DNA of 64,000 bases from an uncultured Alphaproteobacteria bacterium (GTDB taxonomy: Bacteria; Pseudomonadota; Alphaproteobacteria; RF32; CAG-239), in contig CALXTP010000004.1 in assembly GCA_944391435.1 (NCBI GenBank), positions 2,303-66,302 on the forward strand, written 5' to 3'. The position numbers were made by a program, and so were the translations under genes. Shown piece after piece: positions 40,738-48,571 of the stretch. The stretch's first letter is position 1. Each line of letters begins with the position of its first letter. A model generated the notes under the pieces. It made no database searches. It was given only the letters and a program-made list of their open reading frames with translations, and had not been told where the DNA came from.

Positions 40738-43086
40738 TCATTGTACCGCCGCTGCCGGAGCCGGAGCAACATTCGCTGCCGGTGCTGCCTCTGCCGGAAC
40801 CGGAGCCGGTGCAACATTAGCCGCCGGGGCTACCTCTGCCGGAACAGGAACCGGCGCAGCATTCGCTGCCGGTGCTGCCTCTGCCGGAACAGGAGCCGGC
40901 GCAACATTCGCTGCCGGTGCTGCCGCTGCAGGAACAGGAACCGGTGCAACATTCGCTGCCGGAGCCGCCTCTGCCGGAACCGGAGCCGGCGCAGCAACAT
41001 GTGCCAAAGGAACATTCCTCACTTCATTGTTAAAAGAACGCATCTCCCCGTTATCATCCATTTCCAAAATCAAATCATCTGTCGGAGCATAAACACGGTT
41101 AGATTCAGCCGGCTGCGAAGCTGAAGCTTTCCTCCCTGAATTTACATTTCTCTCTGCGCCAAAAACTTCTTTATTCTTTTGCTTCGCCTGCAATTTTTTC
41201 TGGTACGTCTGGCTTTTTTGCTTATAAACCTCATACCAATCCCGATAATTGGCGGCAATGTTAGATATTTTGCTGCCACGTAAAACCGAATTGTTAATCA
41301 AATTCTGTTTCAAGCTGACGGCTTCATCAGGCTGCATTTTCATATTATCAATCGTATAGCAATAATCCTGATAACGGATAAGTGTTTTTGTAAAATCGCT
41401 CGCCAGGCAGATATTGGCATTAATCAAAAATTTCGGCCGTTTACCTTTGCGTATGGCCAGGCTGACCAATTGATCCTTCACAAAGTTTGCATATCTGCCG
41501 CCGGTCATTCCCGCCAATTCGCGAATATTGCTCACGCCTTGTACAATAACATCGGTTTTACGGCTCTTGGGGCTGGCCTGCATCTCATCCATATATTCCT
41601 GCAGTTTGCCGATAACACACTTGGCCTGGTCGGCATATGCCTTTCGTTTTTCGTCAATACCGCCTCTGGTCAATGAATTATCTTTCATCGCCACCCATTC
41701 TTTCCGCGGTTTCAAATTGCAAAACTCATCATATATATAAATATCGGAAGGCAAATCCACATAAACCATATAAACTTGTCCCCATGGATCCCTGATATAA
41801 TCTTCCGTCACTTCATCAATCAGGCTGACAGCCCCTTCCTGTGAAACCCGGCGATTCTCAGCCGTAACTTTATACCCTCTGATAGCAGACATCCCCGCCA
41901 GCAAATCTGCCACCGACTTCAATTCCTTGCTTTTAATGCTCAGCACCCATTCGGCCAGCAGGGCATAAACATTTTGTTCCAAAGTCCGGTTAGAATCATA
42001 CAACGGCACCGTTTTATAACTTTTAACCACACATCTGTCCGTATTCAGATTGTTGCCCGTAACACAAAAATTAAACCCTGGCATGGCATAAGTGCTGAGC
42101 CCATAGCCGTTTTCCCGCAAATAATCATACAAACGGTTTTCCTCCAGGCTGAAATAATCCAGTCCGCCGTGAATAAACTCCCATTTATTGATAAACTCCG
42201 AATATGCCCGATTCCCGCTGGTTGTACTGGTATAGTCAACTTGATTAAAGATATCAATAATATTGCTTACCGTATCATTTTTCTTAACAAAAGCATTCGG
42301 ATAAACTTCAAAACCGTTAATGGCAAAAAAGCCAATCATCAAATCGCGCAACTCGCGCAAATTATGGTCTTTCATACTGCTCAAAAACTGATAAGACGGA
42401 AAACGCGGCAGCATAAAATAAACCATATTTCCTTCCCGGTCTTTGCCTGCCTGTGAAGCAAGTGCTTTAACTTCCGTATATTCCCCTTTGGGCTGTTGGA
42501 TAAACTCGTTATTTTTAATACCCAATACGCCGGCAAACATCAAAACCATCGTAACAAAAAGCATGGCAAATGTTGAGCGAAAAGCAAAAAAGATAATAAC
42601 GCCCAACAACAAGCCGACCAGCCATGTACTGGGAACAATGCCGATAAAAGTCAGCCAGCTGGCTTTTTTTTCCAGCCACTTTTCAATAAACGTATCCGCA
42701 TCAAACAACGCAAACTGGTAAAAGAATACGATTGTCACCAAAAGTGTTACCACCGCGCACACGACATTTTGTACATCTTTTGAAAAAGATAAAATCAGCA
42801 TAAGCAAAAAGGCAACAACAAAAACCCCGCCGCAAATAACCAACACTGCTTCATTAACTTTGCCGTTTTCAATCAATTTGCCGTTGATGGAATAAATAAA
42901 CATCACAAAATCTATTGTAAACAGCAAAAAGATATAAAAAGCTCGCAAAAACTTATCATAAAAGTGGTTGGCATTTCCCGTCCAGCTGGCAAATCTGCTT
43001 GAACGGCTTTTTTTTCTTAAAACCAAAGGCTGATTAACTCCCTCGTTCATAATTCCCTCTGTCAAAATTGGACTTTTGTTTACCAT
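40738..43086 (-). CDS. Large membrane protein: 5-6 N-terminal TM helices, roughly 450-aa extracytoplasmic domain, C-terminal Pro/Ala-rich 15-aa tandem repeats
   Basis: 782-aa ORF. The C-terminus carries the repeat APAPVPAEAAPAANV about 5.5 times. The globular domain was not recognised. Confidence 0.55.
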   Translation of the reverse strand: MVNKSPILTEGIMNEGVNQPLVLRKKSRSSRFASWTGNANHFYDKFLRAFYIFLLFTIDFVMFIYSINGKLIENGKVNEAVLVICGGVFVVAFLLMLILSFSKDVQNVVCAVVTLLVTIVFFYQFALFDADTFIEKWLEKKASWLTFIGIVPSTWLVGLLLGVIIFFAFRSTFAMLFVTMVLMFAGVLGIKNNEFIQQPKGEYTEVKALASQAGKDREGNMVYFMLPRFPSYQFLSSMKDHNLRELRDLMIGFFAINGFEVYPNAFVKKNDTVSNIIDIFNQVDYTSTTSGNRAYSEFINKWEFIHGGLDYFSLEENRLYDYLRENGYGLSTYAMPGFNFCVTGNNLNTDRCVVKSYKTVPLYDSNRTLEQNVYALLAEWVLSIKSKELKSVADLLAGMSAIRGYKVTAENRRVSQEGAVSLIDEVTEDYIRDPWGQVYMVYVDLPSDIYIYDEFCNLKPRKEWVAMKDNSLTRGGIDEKRKAYADQAKCVIGKLQEYMDEMQASPKSRKTDVIVQGVSNIRELAGMTGGRYANFVKDQLVSLAIRKGKRPKFLINANICLASDFTKTLIRYQDYCYTIDNMKMQPDEAVSLKQNLINNSVLRGSKISNIAANYRDWYEVYKQKSQTYQKKLQAKQKNKEVFGAERNVNSGRKASASQPAESNRVYAPTDDLILEMDDNGEMRSFNNEVRNVPLAHVAAPAPVPAEAAPAANVAPVPVPAAAAPAANVAPAPVPAEAAPAANAAPVPVPAEVAPAANVAPAPVPAEAAPAANVAPAPAAAVQ
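40741..40995. repeat. 45-bp tandem repeat array, about 5.5 units, coding
   Basis: Units gcaacattcgctgccggtgctgcctctgccggaacaggagccggc with point variants. Near-identical to the array at 44600..44865. Confidence 0.85.
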
Positions 43087-43164
43087 ACGCCATATTTATT
43101 AAATAAAAGCTTAACCTATTTAAAAAGCCGAAAAATTTTCTAAAAAAAATAATCACTATTATTC

Positions 43165-43192
43165 TTGAATTTAAAAAAAAATCCCCTATAAT
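43165..43192 (+). promoter_or_regulatory. Near-consensus sigma70 promoter of ssrA
   Basis: TTGAAT (43165-43170), a 16-nt spacer, TATAAT (43187-43192). The predicted TSS is about 43199. Confidence 0.5.
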
Positions 43193-43199
43193 TCTTCTT

Positions 43200-43506
43200 A
43201 GTATGTGCTTCGGCACACACTTTGATACGAAAAGCCGCATGAAATAGATATATTGGACCCGGGGGCGGTACCCGGCACCTCCACCATAGACGGGGGTGAA
43301 ACAGGTTTGACAGTGTATAGTAAAGATGCGTGGGCTGTATTCGGCAAGACACCACCGTTATCGGTTCAAATCAAATAAACGCAAATGATAATTTTGCACC
43401 GGTTGCCGTAGCCGCATAAGGCAAAGCAACAAATGAAATTCTTCTGGTTATGGTTAACCGGGAGTGGGGAAGGAGCCGCCCAGCAACAGAAGGGCTCATT
43501 TTATTT
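43200..43506 (+). ncRNA. ssrA: tmRNA (ssrA), circularly permuted two-piece type as in alphaproteobacteria
   Basis: The acceptor 3' end GGCACCTCCACCA ends at 43286 after a T-arm CCGGG-GGCGGTA-CCCGG. Five nt later the 5' acceptor strand GGGGGTG (43292) pairs with CACCTCC and includes a G3:U70 pair. The tag ORF GCA AAT GAT AAT TTT GCA CCG GTT GCC GTA GCC GCA TAA (43381-43419) gives ANDNFAPVAVAA. A terminal hairpin at 43473-43497 is followed by a T-rich run. Confidence 0.75.
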
Positions 43507-43531
43507 AATATCTGCAGAAAGACATTTGGGA

Positions 43532-43996
43532 ATGACAGAATTTGTAACCGAAATAAATTATGACAAGCTGATTGAAAAGGCCTTAAAACAAGTTGTCGTT
43601 GAAGCATTAAAGATTGCGGAAGCGCAAGGGCTCCCCGGAGAAAACCATTTTTACATTACATTTAAGACAAATTTCCCCGGCACCTCCGTTCCAAGTGATT
43701 TGCAAATCCAATACCCGGAAAATATGACCATCGTTTTACAGCATCAATATGCCAATCTCCGGGTCGGAACCGATTCTTTTTCTGTTGAGCTGAGTTTTGG
43801 CGGCCGCCCGCAAACGCTCGTCATTCCTTATGACGCCATCACCTATTTTGCCGACCCGTATGCCAAATTCGGTTTGAGCTTTTCGTTTTATGAAAACGGC
43901 GACGTCCACTCGCTTGATGAAATTGAACCTGAAAAGAAAGTTGCCGGCGAAACCGCACAAATTATCTCCTTTGACAGCTTTAGAAAGAAAAAATAA
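43532..43996 (+). CDS. sspB: ClpXP adaptor SspB (stringent starvation protein B-like)
   Basis: HFYITFKTNFPGTSVP...IVLQHQYANLRVGTDSFSVELSFGGRPQTLVIPYDAITYF parallels E. coli SspB HLVVDVTLPGVQVP...IVLNIAPRAVGNLELANDEVRFNARFGGIPRQVSVPLAAV. The basic C-terminal tail ...SFDSFRKKK resembles a ClpX-binding peptide. The start is taken at Met 43532. Confidence 0.6.
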   Translation: MTEFVTEINYDKLIEKALKQVVVEALKIAEAQGLPGENHFYITFKTNFPGTSVPSDLQIQYPENMTIVLQHQYANLRVGTDSFSVELSFGGRPQTLVIPYDAITYFADPYAKFGLSFSFYENGDVHSLDEIEPEKKVAGETAQIISFDSFRKKK

Positions 43997-44229
43997 TGCA
44001 AAAATATTCCGTTGTTATTGCCGGAAAACATTACACCAGCATTTCTTTGGAAAAAGAATTTTATCAGCAGCTTAACATATTGGCATTGGAACAACGCAAG
44101 CCCGTAAACCAGTTGATTACGGAAATTGACAGTACAAAAACCGTTTCCAACTTATCGTCGGCACTACGCCTTTATATATTAAAATCCTTGCAAGACAAGC
44201 TCAACTGCTTGGAATCTTCCGTTTCATAA
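43996..44229 (+). CDS. Ribbon-helix-helix domain protein (RHH_4 family)
   Basis: GKHYTSISLEKEFYQQLNILALEQRKPVNQLITEID...NLSSALRLYIL matches the RHH_4 pattern (HxTSxxLExxFWxxL...LIxEID...NLSSAxRLFxL). Confidence 0.6.
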   Translation: MQKYSVVIAGKHYTSISLEKEFYQQLNILALEQRKPVNQLITEIDSTKTVSNLSSALRLYILKSLQDKLNCLESSVS

Positions 44230-44251
44230 GATAAGAAAAAATTATAAACAA

Positions 44252-45397
44252 TTAAAGGCCGCCATCTTCATCCGCTGCTTCCGGCAAAACGGGATTTTCC
44301 GTTATACTCTCCAAAGACTTTTCTGCTGCATTTTCCGATAAAGTTTCGCTTTGGATATCTTTATGCTCCCCTTCATTCTTCACCGCATCGCCTGTTGCTC
44401 GCGACTCAGCTTCTTCCTCAGAAACTGCTTCAGACTGTGCCTTTAGCAAATCGGCCAATCCTCCGGCCGATACAGCACCATGCAATTCAATTTCTTGGGC
44501 ATGGCTTGTTTCCCGATTGGTTTCATCTGATTTTTCAACAACTGCTTCCGCATCTGCTGCACCTTCTTTAACCTCTGCCCCTGCCGGCGATTCGCCTGCT
44601 ATGGCATTCGCCGCTGGTGCCGCCCCTGCCGGAACAGGAGCCGGCGCAACATCTACCGCCGGAACAGCCTCTGCCGGAACCGGAGCCGGCGCAACATCCG
44701 CCGCCGGTGCTGTCGCTGCAGGAACTGGAGCCGGCGCAACATTCGCTGCCGGTGCCGCCTCTGCCGGAACTGGAGCCGGCGCAACATCCGCCGCCGGTGC
44801 CGCCTCTGCCGGAACTGGAGCCGGCGCAACATTCGCTGCCGGTGCTGCCTCTGCCGGAACAGCTATATCTTCAGCAGCAATACCTTCTTTAACATCCTCC
44901 CCTGTGGACGGCATTTCAGCATCTGTACTTATCGCAGGCGCCACACCTTCTTTTACTTTTTTAAATCCGCCCTTTCTCTTCTTAAAATCAATTTTACCCT
45001 GTTCTGCCTCTTTATCCCGGGATAGTTTGGCATTATAATTTTCGCTCTTCGGACGTGCAGCTTCAGCCGCCTCCTCTTCCATCTTCCGCTTGGTTTCCTT
45101 AACTTCCTGAACAATAGCATCCGGAATAAAGCCGGTATCGCCGCTTTCTACAGCCTTGGTAACCGCCTCAAATTTAAATGCCTCATATTTATTCTGATAC
45201 CAAGTCAAAATTTCTTCCGGTTTAACCCCCTGACTCATCGGATAATATGCTGCGCCTCCGGCAGCCAACGCCAAAATAAACAATATCCACAGCGGATGCC
45301 TGAGAATAAACAGCAACACAAAAATCGGAAAAGTGATAACACTCAGCACTATATAAAAAAATCTGAACAAACTACTCCGTTTTTTCGGCTCGGCCAT
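44252..45397 (-). CDS. Membrane-anchored protein with Pro/Ala-rich 15-aa tandem repeats and an acidic C-terminal tail
   Basis: Two N-terminal TM helices, a K/E-rich segment, about 6 repeats of AAPAANVAPAPVPAE, then a D/E/S-rich tail. Confidence 0.55.
   Translation of the reverse strand: MAEPKKRSSLFRFFYIVLSVITFPIFVLLFILRHPLWILFILALAAGGAAYYPMSQGVKPEEILTWYQNKYEAFKFEAVTKAVESGDTGFIPDAIVQEVKETKRKMEEEAAEAARPKSENYNAKLSRDKEAEQGKIDFKKRKGGFKKVKEGVAPAISTDAEMPSTGEDVKEGIAAEDIAVPAEAAPAANVAPAPVPAEAAPAADVAPAPVPAEAAPAANVAPAPVPAATAPAADVAPAPVPAEAVPAVDVAPAPVPAGAAPAANAIAGESPAGAEVKEGAADAEAVVEKSDETNRETSHAQEIELHGAVSAGGLADLLKAQSEAVSEEEAESRATGDAVKNEGEHKDIQSETLSENAAEKSLESITENPVLPEAADEDGGL
44600..44865. repeat. 45-bp tandem repeat array, about 6 units, coding
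   Basis: gcaacattcgctgccggtgccgcctctgccggaactggagccggc and variants. The same repeat family as 40741..40995. Confidence 0.85.
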
Positions 45398-45488
45398 TTT
45401 TTCCTCCCGGCTTTTCCGTTATTGACAATACCTTAATCATAGACGCAGATGTTTAAAACATACTTAACGGCAGTTTGCTAAATTGCCA

Positions 45489-47030
45489 TCAATCTTCATA
45501 AGACCACTGTCCTGTCGCCACATTCAGGACACACTTTTTCTGCTCATATTCCGGTTTCAAACGATAGATAGAACCAAACCTTGTCGGCTGATAGTATTTT
45601 TCAACAACAGCCGGATCAATATAGTGTACAACTTCCGGTTTTCGCGTTTCATCGGAAAATTTGTTAAAATAGCTCCGCCCGTAGATAAATTTAGGCCTTA
45701 AACGCAAAATAAGCCCATTCACGTCAGGTTTCGGATAAATTCCCGTTTCTTCACCGATAACATCAAGTTGCCCGATAAGCTGCCAATAATAGGCCGGATC
45801 TTTGCCAAATAAATTGTACATCATGCCATCGCCATTAAAAACATAATCACAAGGGTTGATGGAGCGTGCAATATAGTCCGGCAAATATTCCCGCCCGTTC
45901 TGAGACAAAATCAGTCCCCGTTGAAACAAAAACACATGATAAAAAGCAAAATACAATCCGGCTATAATCAGCCAAACAACCAAATGGCACTTTTCATAAA
46001 GCCTCGCCAACAGCGGAACAGCGCATAAAACCGCAAAATAAAGCAACAGCCAATAATAATACGAATATGGCGAAAAATAAAATTTCCGCTGCACAAATTC
46101 CGCGACAAACAACAAAGCAATAACCCGCCAATATCGGTTTTTGCCCCAAAGAGCCACCACCGTTCCCACAAAAGCAGCCACAGACCAGACCAACATATAT
46201 GTCGGCAGTTCAACCACCCGGCCGAGATCAAACCCCCGTTCCAAATTCAGATTAAACGTATAATTGGAATCATAATAAAGCCCGACCATATCATAATGCA
46301 CCAAATACAAAATAAAAACGGCCACCATGAGTAACGGCAGAATCATGGCTCTGGCCATATCTGCCGTCTTAATGTATTTTTTGTACCAAAAATAAAGCCC
46401 CGTAATCCCCAAGACAGCCAGCGGAAACAACGCCTTTTGTGCAAAAAAGAACGATAATGCAAACCAAACGAACGCCACCGCCAGATGCCGAAAATTTTGC
46501 TGTTTGAGATACAAAAAATAATAATAAAGCCCTCCCGTCAGGCAAAAAACCATATAATTATCCGGCCGAAAATCCACGGCATACAGCTTATAACTCGGCG
46601 TTGCAATAGCGGCCGCGGCCACTACGCCCCACAGTTTATTGCTCAAAAATTCGGCATTTATGCGATATACATACACCAGCGACTTCAAAAAAACCAAAAA
46701 GGAAATCAGGCACACAACTTCCGTTATCGTTGCATTATAAGCAAATAAAGCCGTTAATGGCGCAAACAGATACCACATCAGCGGATTATGGTGCTGGAAA
46801 AAATCCCGATAAGGCACCAGCCCCTGCATAATCAAAAAGCTGGAATGGATATGCTCTATATTATCCCCGTTTTGCGTCGGCACATGCGCCGTCATCATCA
46901 CATACATAATAGATACGGATACCAGATAAACCCCCAACGCCCCGAAAGCACCGAATTTATCTATAAGTGCATAAAAAGACCGGCCCATTTGTTTAATTCT
47001 TTCCATATTGCCAAACTCCCGTCTTTTCAT
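45489..47030 (-). CDS. Polytopic membrane protein, putative GT-C-fold glycosyltransferase (paralog 2 of 3)
   Basis: EHIHSSFLIMQGLVPYRDFFQHHNPLMWY motif and about 11 TM helices. The start is uncertain (47030, 47006 or 46988). Confidence 0.5.
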   Translation of the reverse strand: MKRREFGNMERIKQMGRSFYALIDKFGAFGALGVYLVSVSIMYVMMTAHVPTQNGDNIEHIHSSFLIMQGLVPYRDFFQHHNPLMWYLFAPLTALFAYNATITEVVCLISFLVFLKSLVYVYRINAEFLSNKLWGVVAAAAIATPSYKLYAVDFRPDNYMVFCLTGGLYYYFLYLKQQNFRHLAVAFVWFALSFFFAQKALFPLAVLGITGLYFWYKKYIKTADMARAMILPLLMVAVFILYLVHYDMVGLYYDSNYTFNLNLERGFDLGRVVELPTYMLVWSVAAFVGTVVALWGKNRYWRVIALLFVAEFVQRKFYFSPYSYYYWLLLYFAVLCAVPLLARLYEKCHLVVWLIIAGLYFAFYHVFLFQRGLILSQNGREYLPDYIARSINPCDYVFNGDGMMYNLFGKDPAYYWQLIGQLDVIGEETGIYPKPDVNGLILRLRPKFIYGRSYFNKFSDETRKPEVVHYIDPAVVEKYYQPTRFGSIYRLKPEYEQKKCVLNVATGQWSYED

Positions 47031-48564
47031 CTTTTACACAATCGCGTCGGATATATTCTTTTTTCAGGCGATATAATCCGCGCGGATATTCAAAATAAAC
47101 CTCTTTCTGAAGTTCAAAATTCCATTTTCCGTCGTTGACGATTTCCGTCGGCTCATATAATTTATCCAGCACCTCCTTATTAAAGGTATAAATTGTTTGC
47201 TCTTCATCAAAAAAACTCTTTATATCATCAACCCAGATAAACTTAGGGCGATATTTTTGGATAAGCGCACCATAATCATCATAATCATGCAGCCCGATTT
47301 TTGCACCGACAATCGACAGACGCCCCGGAATAAACCAATAATATTCCGGAGTTTTGCTAAACAAAAACAAAATTCCACCATTGCCTGTTAAAACATAATC
47401 GCACCGGTTTGTTTGTTCCCACAAATACTCCAAAACCGTCTTGTGATATTTATAAACAATATCATTATAAAAGCACATACCCATATAAATAAGATAACAC
47501 TGTATCTCCACAAACACGATAAGCAGCAGGATTTTCCATTTTTCTGCCAATTTCATGACACCGGCAGCAGCTAACGGAACGGCAAAGAAATACGCTTCGT
47601 AATAGTAATAAACATGTGGGGAAAAATAAAAGACCTTGCTGGCATAAATAAGTACAAACAGCCACACCCAGCAACGAAAATACCGCCCCATATATTTATA
47701 CAGGGCAATTCCCGAAAATATCGCCGCGCCAAACATAATATTGGCAATATCCCAAGCTCTGTTTATACGCCTGTCGCCAAATAGATCCACCATCTCCCGG
47801 TTAAAAGCAAAATTCATTTGATAGTAAACATCCCATAAACCGGCAGACCATAAATACAAAGCAAGGCACGCCGCACTGGCCAGCGGAAAAATAATGGCTG
47901 AGCCAAAATCGCGCCATTTCATTTCCCGCGTATAAAGAAGCCAGCCAGACCAAACCGCAACCAATGGAAAATAAAACAACGCCTTTTGGCAAAACAAAAA
48001 AGCAACCCAGAAAGCGGCATACGAAAAAATCAAATCGCGGCGTTTCTTATCGCGCATATAGCAAAACAGATAATATATGCCCGCCATAACGCAGGTAAAC
48101 ATATAATTATCCGGCTTGAAATAAACATAATACAAAAATATTCCGGGCGCCAGCAGCATCAACACGGATAACAAAGCCGCCGTCCGCCCGCTTAAAAACT
48201 CCGTAATAACTTTATATAAAAAAACAAGCCCTATAACAAAAAACAAAAAAGTGATATAATTAACGACTCCGAATACATGAATATTTCTCTCAAGTAAACC
48301 TACAACCGGAGCAAACAAATACCATAACAGAGGATGATGATGTTCAAAAAAATCACGATACGGCACAGCCCCCTGATGGACTAAAAAACTGGCCTGGATA
48401 TGTTCGGCAATATCGCCTTCCGCCCACTCAAAATACACTGTAGCAAGGCTGACAAGCCCCAATATCACCAATAAATTAACAAACAGGGTAGCATCAATCC
48501 ATATCGGAAAGCGCCGCCACACCGTCTGCCAAATATTTTCCAGTCCGTGTTTCACGTACCCCAC
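46993..48564 (-). CDS. Polytopic membrane protein, putative GT-C-fold glycosyltransferase (paralog 3 of 3)
   Basis: EHIQASFLVHQGAVPYRDFFEHHHPLLWY motif. GTG start 7 nt after the malQ stop. Confidence 0.5.
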   Translation of the reverse strand: MGYVKHGLENIWQTVWRRFPIWIDATLFVNLLVILGLVSLATVYFEWAEGDIAEHIQASFLVHQGAVPYRDFFEHHHPLLWYLFAPVVGLLERNIHVFGVVNYITFLFFVIGLVFLYKVITEFLSGRTAALLSVLMLLAPGIFLYYVYFKPDNYMFTCVMAGIYYLFCYMRDKKRRDLIFSYAAFWVAFLFCQKALFYFPLVAVWSGWLLYTREMKWRDFGSAIIFPLASAACLALYLWSAGLWDVYYQMNFAFNREMVDLFGDRRINRAWDIANIMFGAAIFSGIALYKYMGRYFRCWVWLFVLIYASKVFYFSPHVYYYYEAYFFAVPLAAAGVMKLAEKWKILLLIVFVEIQCYLIYMGMCFYNDIVYKYHKTVLEYLWEQTNRCDYVLTGNGGILFLFSKTPEYYWFIPGRLSIVGAKIGLHDYDDYGALIQKYRPKFIWVDDIKSFFDEEQTIYTFNKEVLDKLYEPTEIVNDGKWNFELQKEVYFEYPRGLYRLKKEYIRRDCVKDEKTGVWQYGKN

Positions 48565-48571
48565 CCTCTTG

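Noticed and set aside
40712-41124. Gly/Ala-rich and Arg/Cys-rich ORFs (40712..41092 +, 40741..41124 +, 40830..41015 -) and the similar ones at 44517..45038 and 44617..44892
   Set aside because: These are alternative-frame or antisense translations of the 45-bp tandem repeats. Their periodic low-complexity composition is an artefact, and the minus-strand ORFs with TM domains are the coherent genes.
40738-43086. Annotating the 782-aa membrane protein as a sulfatase-superfamily transferase (EptA/OpgB/BcsG-like) from its N-terminal TM bundle plus large periplasmic domain
   Set aside because: The metal-binding and nucleophile motifs were not identified by eye, so the architecture alone is not enough.
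43140-43607. Minus-strand ORFs 43140..43355 and 43371..43607
   Set aside because: They overlap the ssrA promoter and tmRNA, and are antisense to a well-supported structured RNA.
40741-44865. Possible CRISPR array suggested by the 45-bp direct repeats
   Set aside because: The repeats are contiguous with no spacers, stay in frame within long ORFs, and there are no cas genes nearby.
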